Assembly: GCA_963728565.1 (NCBI GenBank)
Contig: CAVSLC010000005.1
Location: forward strand, 128,001-192,000
Direction of reading: 5' to 3'
DNA: 64,000 bases
Origin: an uncultured delta proteobacterium
Lineage (GTDB): Bacteria > Desulfobacterota > Binatia > UBA9968
A model generated the notes under the pieces. That model ran no database searches, was not told where the DNA came from, and saw only the letters and a list, made by a program, of their open reading frames with translations. A program made the translations under genes and the position numbers. This document shows, in pieces, positions 10,099 to 20,332 of this stretch; position 1 is the first letter of the stretch; each line of letters starts with the position of its first letter.

Positions 10099-10827
10099 TT
10101 AAGGAAAGAGCTCCATCCTTCCGGTTCCGCCTTGCCGATCCCAGGTGGATTCCAAGCGCGTGAAAAATTCCCAAGCGCGCCGGGAACGGCGTTCGAAATC
10201 AATTTCGGCGTTAAAGCCACGGCATTCTTCTGCGCTGAAATGATCGATAGGACCGAGGGTCAAGGCCTGCATGGTCTTTTTGCTATCGTCTTCTAAAATC
10301 ATCGAGGCAAACAAAACTTCGGCGAGACTCTTGCCGGCAACTACGATACCATGCCCGCGCATAAGCACGGCGCGATGATCGCCCATCGTCTTCAACAGAT
10401 TGTCGCCACGTTGGGGCGTCGTCACCAGATGAGCTTCTTTGTAGAGTGGCACGCCTTCGCCGAAGATCGTCCCTTGCAAAGTGACCGGGTGAAACTCACG
10501 GCGAGCTATGCTGAACAATGTGGCATAAGGCGTATGGAGATGAGCCACGGCTAATGCGTCCGTGCGGGCACCATGCAGCGCCGTATGAATCGGCCACTCG
10601 ACCGGAGGCAGTGTCTTGCCGTCGAGCGGTTTGCCATCCAGGTGAATGGGAATCATGTCACCCGCCTGAAAATGTGGTTTGTCCGAACCTGATCCGGGTG
10701 TGACAAAGATCGTCTTGGTCTCGCGTTGATAAACACTGACGTGGCCGAACAGGCCAATTAGCCCCTGCATCGCGAAGATGCGCGTACACGTGGCAAGCTG
10801 CTCGCGTAAGTCTTTCTCCGGTGTCAT
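10099..10827 (-). CDS. class II aldolase/adducin family protein
   Basis: GHVS, PVEWPIH, AVAHLHTPY and LMRGHG zinc-binding motifs. Confidence 0.9.
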   Translation of the reverse strand: MTPEKDLREQLATCTRIFAMQGLIGLFGHVSVYQRETKTIFVTPGSGSDKPHFQAGDMIPIHLDGKPLDGKTLPPVEWPIHTALHGARTDALAVAHLHTPYATLFSIARREFHPVTLQGTIFGEGVPLYKEAHLVTTPQRGDNLLKTMGDHRAVLMRGHGIVVAGKSLAEVLFASMILEDDSKKTMQALTLGPIDHFSAEECRGFNAEIDFERRSRRAWEFFTRLESTWDRQGGTGRMELFP

Positions 10828-11840
10828 CGACTGGGTCTCCTTTGTACGGCTTCCAATTCCTTCTTTACTTCTTCAACGAGTTGCAGATGTAATAACCGCT
10901 CCGGAGGGACATCTTCTTTGATCTGCAGCGGGACCTTTATGTCGTACTCAAGAAAGTTTCTTATTCCTTGAGCCGTGGGAAGCCCCGGAACACCCTGCGG
11001 TAAGGCACGGGCATAGTTTTTCGTTCCTTCGACAATCATCGGACGAGTAGCTTTGCCTAGTTGAAGGTTTTTAATACCGAGATTTACCGCTTCCTCAGGT
11101 TGGTCGCGCACGAACATAAGCCCGCGAATCGCTGCTTTGAGCCAGCGCTTTATTTGACCTGGGTCTTCGCGAATTTTTCTATCGAGAGTAACAAAACCCT
11201 GAAACGGCATGGGAAAGAGATCACCGAGAAAACCCAAAGAAACCAGTCCCTCTTTTTGAGCAAACACGAGGCCGCCGGGATCTACGGCGCTGGCGTGGGC
11301 GGCGCCTGACTTGAGTGCGAGAATTCGACTGTTGGTGTCCGAGCCCATGGCGATGCGGGTAATATCTCTGCTGGAGACTCCGCCGCGCTCCGCAAACATC
11401 GTGATCATGCGGTCCTGCGTATCGCCTGAACTCCCCACCGCGACCTTTTTGCCCTTCAGGTCGGCGGCGGTCTTAATGCTTGGATCCGCAATCAGGTAAA
11501 ACGTAACTTTTTCTGTTTGAAAAAAAATGCCCTTGACCGGGGCGCCCTTGAGCGCCGCGCGCATACCGCTGCCGCCACCTCCGCTAAAATCGATATCGCC
11601 GCTCAACAGCGCCGCAGTGGCAAGTGGTCCCGAGATCACGACCGTTTCGTTCTCAAGGCCCTCATCGCGGAAGAAGCCTTTGCCGTCAGCTACGTAGATG
11701 GAAAGATAGTTAAGGTTGGCCTGCGGAATGGCGGTTCTTATTTTCTCGGCCCAAACCTCGGACGTAAATGGGATCATTAATACAACCGTGAAAATCCATT
11801 TGTACGCGATGGAAGAACTGCTGAAGGTGGATGTTCTCAT
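10824..11840 (-). CDS. ABC-type substrate-binding protein, NMT1/THI5/SsuA-like
   Basis: Signal peptide; KGFFRDEGLE, DLKGKKVAV. Confidence 0.85.
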   Translation of the reverse strand: MRTSTFSSSSIAYKWIFTVVLMIPFTSEVWAEKIRTAIPQANLNYLSIYVADGKGFFRDEGLENETVVISGPLATAALLSGDIDFSGGGGSGMRAALKGAPVKGIFFQTEKVTFYLIADPSIKTAADLKGKKVAVGSSGDTQDRMITMFAERGGVSSRDITRIAMGSDTNSRILALKSGAAHASAVDPGGLVFAQKEGLVSLGFLGDLFPMPFQGFVTLDRKIREDPGQIKRWLKAAIRGLMFVRDQPEEAVNLGIKNLQLGKATRPMIVEGTKNYARALPQGVPGLPTAQGIRNFLEYDIKVPLQIKEDVPPERLLHLQLVEEVKKELEAVQRRPSR

Positions 11841-11907
11841 GTTTGATGGTCCCTATGTTTGCGCTTCTTGAATTTAGCGGGCGGGCTCGCGTCAGCGGTC
11901 GTGACGC

Positions 11908-12715
11908 TCACGAGAAATAACGATAGATCAGCCGCCGCGGATGGATGATAGCCAAAAAGAGAGCGCGCAACTTGCCCCTGATACCGCAGCGCGTTGTGAA
12001 CAGATCTTTCAGCATCAAGCCGAGCGGTATCTTGTGTTTCGGAAACCTCTGCTCGCCGATATGGCGCAGCCCGTATCGTTCCTGGTTTTCTTTGAGGACG
12101 TAAATCACGTTGCCGCCGCCGGCTTCTTTGTCGCCATACGTGTAACCGCCAACGGTTTCCGCCTGCTTCTTTGCCTTCACGGTAATCTCTTCCGTGAGAC
12201 CGAAATCCAACGCTTGCGTTGGGCAGGCTTGGACACAAAATGGGTGCTTGTCTTCGCTGATTCGGTCGCTGCACATGGTGCATTTGCTGGCTTTATGCGT
12301 AATGTCATCGTTGGTAATGACATCCCATGGACAAGCGTGAATGCAGTACTCGCACCCGATGCAGACTTCCTGATTGATTACTACCGGGCCTTCTTCGTAC
12401 TTGGTGATCGCTTCCACCGGGCACACCGCCGCACAGGCGGCGAACTCGCAATGCATACAACTGTTTCGTGCCCACAGCGGCGAGAGCCCCTCGAGCACAG
12501 GCGGCTCCATAGTTATCCAGTTGGTGCTGGAGAGAGCATAGAGGTTGGTGCGGTCGTGATCGTTCCAATCCTTACAAGCCTGGACACAGTGACGGCAGCC
12601 GATGCATTGGGTCGCATCGAATAGAATGCTTCTTGCTTTGCCATCGCGGAGCCTCGCCGTCGGCACCAGGCTGCCGTATTGTTGAGTTCAGAGTATCGGT
12701 CGGACTGTTCGCCAT
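11908..12715 (-). CDS. 4Fe-4S dicluster protein (FdnH/HybA/DmsB-like electron-transfer subunit)
   Basis: Four Cys clusters (CIGCRHCVQAC, CMHCEFAACAAVCP, CIGCEYCIHACP, KCTMC..PFCVQACP). The ATG with strong RBS at 12715 is out of frame with the 12666 ORF (probable indel). Confidence 0.88.
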
Positions 12716-12849
12716 GAGCTTCCTTTTTAACTTATCGCTGATCATGCACCGGATGTATCACTTCTTTTTATGTCGTCATAACTGCGGCGAAGATGAATAC
12801 TGGAAATGCAGAAAAGGGAAGGTAGTGACTATGTTTGCTAGCAATACAA

Positions 12850-13365
12850 CAACCTGCATGAATGCGCTGACGGCAGAGCGCGGCTATCTGACTGAGAAGA
12901 CTTTGAGTCAAGCTGATAAGAAGCGATGGAGCTTTTAGGCCGACGCGTCCTGATTTCTATAAGGGTCCTTACAATGCAGATGTCTTACATGTCGGCATAG
13001 AGGCGCGCCAGGCCGTTCCGCAGGGCAATTTAAACACTCAGTGCAGTCACATTCGGCACGCTTGCTGAGATACAGTACTACCAGATTCAACGGCACAACC
13101 AGTGCGATGGCTGCTCTGTACAAGACAGTGTACGCATGAGTGGACGGCGGATCTTAGTGGTCGGCTGCGTCAAGACCTAATAGAGAAACGACGAAAGGAA
13201 ATGAGAGAGGCGAAGTTTTCCACAAAGATGTATCAGAGAAACGGCATTGAGGGAACACACAGCGAATTGGTGCGCGGTCACGGGCTTAGACGGACGAAAT
13301 ACCGGGACTAAGCCGAGTCATCTTATCGCATTACTTCACGGGGGCTTGCAATGAGAAACGATAGT
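12850..13365 (+). mobile_element. degenerate IS1182/IS5-like DDE transposase remnant
   Basis: Fragments ...QCDGC..., RNGIEGTHSELVRGHGLRRTKYRG(L)SRV.LSHYFTGA match the C-terminal DDE_6 signature; multiple frameshifts; boundaries approximate. Confidence 0.7.
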
Positions 13366-13591
13366 TAGATTTGCGGGCTTCCAAATGAGCATGGCCGCTC
13401 TGAACACCTTTTCAGGGCTAAGAACAGTTCATGTTCGTGAGTTAGGAGAAAAAGTCGATGAAATTTGTTTTATTCTCAAACTTTGCATTTGAATCGCAAG
13501 CATTCTGCGCGTTGATCAAAAGCAAGAAATCGGGTTTGCAGCAGAATCAAATGCGTTCGTTCGCAGGCCTCCTCCGCCTGTTCTTGGCTGC

Positions 13592-14647
13592 TTAAAGATC
13601 CGAGGCAACACAGAGCACGCGATCCGCCGGCAGCTCCAGGGGCAATCGTTCCCAAGTGTCTCTTTGATCTTTGCTGACCAGGATATCTCCACTGCCTTTC
13701 TGTGAAGCGTCTGCTGAACGGCCGCGGGAAACGGCGCCTAAACCCGCATAGACGATTGAAGGATCCTCCGGATGTTGCGTAAGCGCTCAGACCATCTGCT
13801 TCATGTCTTGCGGTAGCCACTGTCCGACACCGACGCGTTCCCAAGTATCTGCCAGGCTGCGACTGCGAAAAACGGCTCCCTGGGCCTTCTCCGGTCGATC
13901 CCAATAGCCCGGAGATTTGTCCGCTGTCGCCACTAGCATGACGGGTGGAGTTCCAGGTAGGAACACAAAATCGTGAAAATAGTCTCGCGTGAATCCGTTC
14001 TCAGCGCGCCTCCAGCCATTGCCCGGATCAGTGCTGCTGAAAAATCCCCTGGCAGTGGCAAGGAAGTAGAGATCGTTGCGACCCGGCGCGCTGCTGATGT
14101 GGTGAATGTCGAGGTAGTCAATTCCACCGCTTACATCCTGCCATGACTTGCCCCGATCAAAGCTGCGAATTACTCCGCCGTGTTCCAGACAAACATGGAG
14201 CAGATTCGGATCATCCGGATGCACGAAGATATGTCGCACGTGCTCTCTGTGCGGTGGCAGCGGATAAGTCCATTGCTTCTTGATCTCCGGCGGTAAGTCG
14301 TGGACGCCCGTCAGCTCTTCCCAGCTTCGCCCGCCATCTTCGCTCCTGTGGAGATGGATGGGTTCGGTGCCAACGTAAACGACTTTTTCATCCGTTGGAT
14401 CGACGGTTACTGCCCTGATATTGCCCTCGAAGACTCGCCCCCAGCTCTTGCCGGCGTCTTCCGTGCGGTAAACTCCATCACGAGTGAGCTCTAAGTAGAC
14501 AACGTTCGGCTGTTGCCGCGGCCCATCCATGGAATCGATGGTTCCTGTCTCAAATGAAACCGACACTTTGTCGCAGGAACCATTGCGCGAACGCCAGATA
14601 AATAATCCCTCCTGGGTACCGGCGTAAATACGGATGCGACTTGCCAT
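13592..14647 (-). pseudogene. BNR/WD40/YVTN-like beta-propeller protein with one in-frame TGA (13787-13789)
   Basis: Repeated SxDGGxSW Asp-boxes; the frame continues past MV*AL to ...DRVLCVASDL-TAA at 13592. Confidence 0.8.
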
Positions 14648-14732
14648 GGCTGCTCCTTCTTTTGGTGCGTGGATGTTTTCGGAACCTACTCTAAATACAC
14701 TTCCTGTGTCGGTAATCGCTGTGGCTTTGCTC

Positions 14733-15464
14733 TCATGGAAGCAAGGGGCACGCTCCCGTGCCTGGCTGGCGGTCCCATTGAGCCTCCACCTCCGCGAAGT
14801 AGTCCCAGGTTCGATGCGATCTACGCTGCAAACCGTCTTCGCCGTCGAAAGCGTTGCATTCCTCCAAGCTAATGAACCCAACCTCGCCGAGGCTCGCTGC
14901 TTGGAGAGTTTTTTGTGCGTCGTCCTCAAAGATCAGCGAAGAGAACAGCGCCTCTTCAATGTCCCTGCCAACTATGACGACGCCATGGCCACGGAGGAGC
15001 GCTGCCCGCTTATCGCGAATCACATCCACCAGACCGAGGCCCTGATCCGGAGTTTTTATCAACTGAGCCGTCTCATAAAGAGGCACTCCGCGGGCAAAAA
15101 GAGCTCCTTGCAAGGTGACCGGGCGAAACTCGCGGATGGCAATGGCGAAGAGTGTCGCGAACGGCGAATGCAGATGAGCCACCGCCAGAGCGTCGGATCG
15201 CGCCGCATGCAGGGCGGTATGGATGGGCCATTCCACAGGAATTCCTCCCTCGCCTTCCTCCAGAATTTTTCCTGAGTGGTCGAGCACGAATATGCTCTCT
15301 GCACGTGTCTTTGCTCTGTTGCAGCCCATGCCGGGAGAGAGCAGGACGCGGCGAGTGGCGGGCAGGTACATGCTGATGTGCCCGAATAGCGTCAATAACC
15401 CTTGCATGGCAAAAATCCGGGTGCAGGTCGCGAGTTTTTCTCTAGCTGCGCTATCATCGCTCAT
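14733..15464 (-). CDS. class II aldolase/adducin family protein (paralog of 10099..10827)
   Basis: REKLATCTRIFAMQGL, PVEWPIHTALH, LLRGHG. Confidence 0.9.
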   Translation of the reverse strand: MSDDSAAREKLATCTRIFAMQGLLTLFGHISMYLPATRRVLLSPGMGCNRAKTRAESIFVLDHSGKILEEGEGGIPVEWPIHTALHAARSDALAVAHLHSPFATLFAIAIREFRPVTLQGALFARGVPLYETAQLIKTPDQGLGLVDVIRDKRAALLRGHGVVIVGRDIEEALFSSLIFEDDAQKTLQAASLGEVGFISLEECNAFDGEDGLQRRSHRTWDYFAEVEAQWDRQPGTGACPLLP

Positions 15465-15551
15465 GAAAAGTATTTCTCCTTCCGGTGACTGTGGCCGGGT
15501 TTTTTTGATGGCCGACAGCTTGTCGTCATGGGTCCAAATCTCGACTCTCAT

Positions 15552-16598
15552 TTATCGCGCCGCCGCTATGTCCTTCCTGGCTTTGTCGACAAAGCGAAAA
15601 TCGGCGATCTCGGAGACCGTAATCGGCCGAGTCACCTTGGCATTTTCCCGAACCATGTCCACCAAAAACTGAACGGATTCCGTCTTGACTGAGGCGTCTT
15701 TCGTCAGCACCCGGGTGAGATGCCTGAACATCTCGGCCGCCATAGCGCGATTGCCGATCTTCCATTGACGCATGACAATATTCATAACCTCGTCATAGTT
15801 CTGCTTGTCCCAGACAAACGCGAGCCCGCGCAGCGACGCGCGCACCATTTTATAAACCTCGTCGGGGTTTTCACGGATTTTTTTCTCTGCGGCGCCGAAC
15901 CCGTTTTGGGGAAACTCGGCGAAGTCTCCAAGAAAAATGAGCTCGTTATATCCTTTTTGTTGCGCAACGATATTATAGGGCAGCTCGAGCACCGCGGCGT
16001 CTACGACGCCGCTCTCCAAGGCGGCAAACCGGCCGGCCCCGGTCCCTCCCATAGGATTAAGCTCGACATCGCGATCGGGGTCGAGGCCGACTTTGCCGAG
16101 AACCAGCCTAGACAGCATCGTGGCTACCGCGCCTGGAGAGCTGCCGGCGAGTTTTTTCCCTTTCAGCTGGGCGGGTTCCTTGATCTCGTTCTTGCTGATA
16201 AAGAACATGAGCGGGCGTTCAGTCGTGAAAATTAGGGCGCGCATCGACCGCCCCTGAATTTGCGCCGTGATCACGCCGCTGATAGCGCCGTTGTAGTCCA
16301 GATCTCCTGAAAGAACCGCGGTGCTCGCCAAGTTGGCCGGCATCACAATTAACTCCAGATCTATTCCTTCTTGCCGGTAGAAGCCTTTCTCCAGCGCGGC
16401 ATAGAAAGCCAAATAACCTATGTGCGAGGAAGGAAGCGACATGCGAACCTTCTTGAGCTCTGTTTGGGCGAAAGAAGTTCCTGAACCAGTGATGGTTAAC
16501 GTTACGATGGCAAGCGGCATGATCACCTTTAGCGAACAAACCACTCGCCGCACTGCTCTGATTTGCAGTAACATCGTAAGCCTCCTTGGGTCTGTCAA
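15552..16598 (-). CDS. ABC-type substrate-binding protein, NMT1/THI5/SsuA-like
   Basis: Close paralog of 6540..7541 (MPANLASTAVL.GD.DYNGA; RENPDEVY.MVRA). Confidence 0.85.
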   Translation of the reverse strand: MTDPRRLTMLLQIRAVRRVVCSLKVIMPLAIVTLTITGSGTSFAQTELKKVRMSLPSSHIGYLAFYAALEKGFYRQEGIDLELIVMPANLASTAVLSGDLDYNGAISGVITAQIQGRSMRALIFTTERPLMFFISKNEIKEPAQLKGKKLAGSSPGAVATMLSRLVLGKVGLDPDRDVELNPMGGTGAGRFAALESGVVDAAVLELPYNIVAQQKGYNELIFLGDFAEFPQNGFGAAEKKIRENPDEVYKMVRASLRGLAFVWDKQNYDEVMNIVMRQWKIGNRAMAAEMFRHLTRVLTKDASVKTESVQFLVDMVRENAKVTRPITVSEIADFRFVDKARKDIAAAR

Positions 16599-16602
16599 GA
16601 AT

Positions 16603-18535
16603 TCAGTCTAAGTGACTCCAGGACGCGAACTCATCCAAACCTAGCTGGATCAGTGTATCCCGGAAAGGACGCCCCGTCTTCTCGTGCCTCCCGGAAATCC
16701 GGTAATACTCGTGCACCAGATCCGGAAGCCATTGTGCTATGGTAAAGCCTTTGAATTTGCCGTCAGGAATCGGTTCTAAAAACCTCGGCCCTACATCCTT
16801 CCAATCATGCTCGGCTGTCCATCCCCGCTGAGTCCCGAAAATGCTCTGCAGGATGATGCTTCGGTGGCCGGCCTCCAGAGTCTCATCCAGAGTGACGTCC
16901 CAACCGGTCGTAGCATTAAGCGAGTCCACGAGACTATGAAGTCCGTCGGGCTGTTTGTAACTGAGCGCAAACCAGCAACCTCCCATCAGCCCGCAAGCCT
17001 GGCGGATCTTTTCTGCGAGCAGGTGAGAGCGCGCCCAGCCGTCGGGCAAAGTCGGGTCGAGCGGTCCCCACTGCTCCCGGCTTGCCAGATCCGGCGGCGG
17101 TGAATTGTCTCCCGAACCTGTTCCACCCCCTTGCGGTTTCATGCCGCCGGTCGCGGTTAGTTCACTCAGCATGCTGCTCAGTAACGGTCGCCAGTCGTGC
17201 TGCGCCGGGGTCCCTCCCTTGACGTGTACGACCCAGTTCAGCGCTACTCCGCCGAGAGCCTGATGCGAGCTCATATGGCCTATCAGCCAACAAGTTCCCT
17301 AACCAGCGGATCCTGCGAGCGCAGCGGTAGAGCAGAATCTCCGTAGCTTCGAGGTTCCCCCACGTCAATTCCAAACCGTCCGTCCGATCAGTTCCCAGGA
17401 GGCCCTTCTCCCAGGCTTCAAACGCCAGACCAGCGCTGTTGGCAAAATGACTGCACTCGATTCCTAAATCATTGATTCGTTCAGAGAGATAGAGCACGTC
17501 ATTTCCTTTGAACCCGAGGTTGTAGAAGGTGTCCATCCATTGCTTCCGGCATTGAAGTGGCCGACCTTTCCCCTGTGCACTCCCTCTCCGATTTCCACAT
17601 CCCAGGGGCATAAACGAGGGCATTGAAAGCAAGGGCGGAGAGTGACACGGTTCTGATCAAATCCCTTGTTCTCATCCGCGATGAGGGTGCTACGCCAGTT
17701 ATATTTGGTGAGTGCTCCCCAGTCCTCCCCATGACCGACACTTTTCTTGCGCTTGGCTACCGTATAGATGCGTGGAGTCAGCGCTACCTTCCAACGTTCC
17801 CCCGCGTCAATCAAAGCGAGCTTATCGAACAACTGCGGGCGCTTGGTTCCCCAGGCTACAATGGCCTTGAGTTTTTTCGATCCCATGACCGCGCGCAAGC
17901 CATGCGCCGCGCTGTGATTGTAATCGTTTACCAACATGGCCGCCCGAACCAAGTGTTCGCCTGCTGGCCCTATGCAGCCGATCTTCGCATCGCGATGGCC
18001 GGCCTCGGAGCGCAGACTTTCCTCCGTGGCCCGGGTGCCTTTGCCCCAAACGTGAGAGGCGTCGCGCAACTCCAGTCGGTCCTCACCCACATATGAAATA
18101 AACCGGCTGCTGCGCAGCGCCGGTGATGATTAGACCGTCATAACCCGCCGCCTTGAGTGTCGTCGCTAAAAAACCACTCGTCGCTCCCCGCCCCAATGTG
18201 TAACTTGTGGCCGGGCTCAAATAAACAAAATTTATTTTGGTGCCACCGGGAGATAAATCCGGTTCCGGTAATCGGACCCGTGATTCCCACGATGACGCTT
18301 TGAGCATCATAAGCATCGGTGCCGATCTAGAGTTCGTGAAGTAAAATGTATTCGGCCAGGAGTTGCCCGCCCCAGAGTTTGCGCAATACCGGCTCCTCAG
18401 GAAGGTTCTCGTAAAGCAGCTCACCTTTGCTCAGGTCCACTCTGAGTATTTTTCCCATATAACCACGGGAAGACGGGTGTGCCGCTGCGCTGGAAAAATA
18501 TTCTGATGCGCTCTGATGCTTTGAGCGACTTTCAT
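16603..18535 (-). pseudogene. second AOR/WOR-family gene, disrupted by several frameshifts and an in-frame stop
   Basis: ORF pieces 18083-18424, 17464-18090, 17162-17632 and 16603-17274 align successively to 7575..9485. Confidence 0.88.
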
Positions 18536-18879
18536 AGGAAGTTTCCGCTAAGCGTCAAACGCTTACAAATGGCGGTCTGAAGACGCATAGGCTGCATAGC
18601 TTCGTGGATTGAGAGAGGTTTCCGCATCCGGCCGGCAAGCGGAAGGGTGGCCAGTTTATGTGTACCTTTAGCTTTCGCTAAATATGACTAGCCTGTAGCG
18701 TAGCGTTCCAAAGTTGTCAACGACTCTTCCCAACTCTCAGTGGTGAGCAGCGTTAGTAGGAGGCAGCTGAGATAACAATCGACCATCATTGGATAAGCAT
18801 TTTGTATGGACACAAGATCACAACTCTTTTTTGAGATATCGAGATTGCCGCCAGCTTGGCGACGCGCTGCAGTATCGTC

Positions 18880-19237
18880 CTGCGAGAAATAACGATAGAT
18901 AAGGCGCCTCGGATGAATGAGGGCTAAGTAAAGAGCGCGCAACTTGCACTTGATACCGCAACGCGTTGTGAACAGATCTTTCAGCATCAAGCCGAGCGGT
19001 ATCTTGTGCTCGAAAACTTCTGCGCGCCGATATTGTGGAGCCCCTATTGTTCCTTTTTTTCTTTGAAGCACAAACTACGTTGCCGCCCCGCTTCTTTGTC
19101 GCCGTAAGTGTAAACACCAGCGGTTTCCGCTTGCTTCTTTGCTTTTACGGTAATCTCATCCGTTAAACCGAATCTAACGCTTCGGTGGGGGCAGGCTTGG
19201 ACACAAACGGTTGCTTGTTCTTCGCTGATTCGATCGC
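18880..19237 (-). pseudogene. 3' remnant of the 4Fe-4S subunit gene
   Basis: Nucleotide and peptide match to 11908..12270 (HKIPLGLMLKDLFTTRCGI..RRLIYRYFS); frameshifted, 5' half missing. Confidence 0.85.
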
Positions 19238-19451
19238 CGTCAACTATTGGCGGGCGTACGAAAAGCGGTACAGGCGATTAGAAACGTCGAATCGAACACT
19301 GAACGAAAGTGGAAAACAATTTTTGGCTAGTGAGAAGGGATGACGCAAGAGATACTTCCGATTCGGCTTGCCGGAGCATGGCGTTGCGCGCATCCTCGGC
19401 AAGCCGAATCGGTCGACGTTAGTCCAAGAAAATTAACCCTTGTCCAACAAT

Positions 19452-20045
19452 TTAAACATCATCACGGCGGCGAACGGTGCCGGAGGCATCACGCGGAAGC
19501 GGCTTGTCGGTTTCCGCGAAATCGGCGCTGGCCTCGCCGGCAGAGGACACATCCTGAGCTCCGGTTCTCTCCAGTATGTCTTTAGCGCGGCTGGTCCATT
19601 CAGAATTGTCACAATGAACCGAGACTAGAATCCCGCCGTCCTTGATTCGACCTTCATACCTCTTGGCCTCGTATTCGGGGATACCCGCGCCGACCAGAGC
19701 GCCGGTCAGGCCGCCCACCGCCCCGCCGACTCCAGCGCCGGCAAGTGCAGCCATGATGGGACCGGCCGCAATGAACGGACCGACGCCCGGGATTGCGATC
19801 GCGCCTATGCCAGCTAACCAGCCCAAGACGCCGCCGGCTACTGCTCCTGTGCCCGCGCCACTCGCCGCGCCTTCAGGAGCTTTGGTGCCCTTTCTATGCG
19901 CAAAATCCTTGGTGCCTTCGTTCTCTGGAAACAGGACCGAAATGTCTTCATTCCTATAACCGGCGCTTTGCAGAGCGCTAATTCCGTTCTCTAGAGCCGT
20001 TTCATTCGGGTATATTCCGAATGCCGCAGTATTTTTGCCTGCCAT
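19452..20045 (-). CDS. general-stress/DUF3341-like glycine-rich membrane protein
   Basis: GAGTGAVAGGVLGWLAGIGAIAIPGVGPFIAAGP...GIPEYEAKRYEGR. Confidence 0.8.
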   Translation of the reverse strand: MAGKNTAAFGIYPNETALENGISALQSAGYRNEDISVLFPENEGTKDFAHRKGTKAPEGAASGAGTGAVAGGVLGWLAGIGAIAIPGVGPFIAAGPIMAALAGAGVGGAVGGLTGALVGAGIPEYEAKRYEGRIKDGGILVSVHCDNSEWTSRAKDILERTGAQDVSSAGEASADFAETDKPLPRDASGTVRRRDDV

Positions 20046-20084
20046 AATATTTACTCCTTTCCGTTTTTCGCTGTCATAGCGAAG

Positions 20085-20100
20085 AGCGAATCACGTGCCA
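20085..20100 (-). promoter_or_regulatory. sigma-54 (-24/-12) promoter for the stress gene
   Basis: TGGCACGTGATTCGCT on the minus strand, 40 nt upstream of the ATG. Confidence 0.6.
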
Positions 20101-20332
20101 AGCACCGCGGGGTAAACGTGCAGGCAATGGACGCGCGTTTGTGAACCCATGTCCCAAAGAGGAGAAACATACTCTTAGATAGAGCCCACAACTGGGACAG
20201 AATCTCAAGCTGATGTGAAGCGTAACAATCGTTGGATGACTTTCGTCGTCAGAGCGCACAACCTGCGTGCTCGGACGCGAACCCGGACAGCTCGTTGCTT
20301 CCTCTTCTATCTCTGATTATGATCTGGCATCT

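Noticed and set aside
12633-12938. 101-aa ORF upstream of the FeS gene
   Set aside because: No recognisable domain; overlaps the FeS start/promoter region and the IS relic.
13787-13789. TGA in the BNR gene as selenocysteine
   Set aside because: Context (MV*AL) fits Trp, there is no redox Cys partner, and no convincing SECIS follows.
14648-14929. N-terminal extensions in the ORF track (BNR, carboxyltransferase 31737-31973, rpsF 791-1003, nadX 56366-56785)
   Set aside because: They overlap neighbouring genes; better starts with RBS lie downstream.
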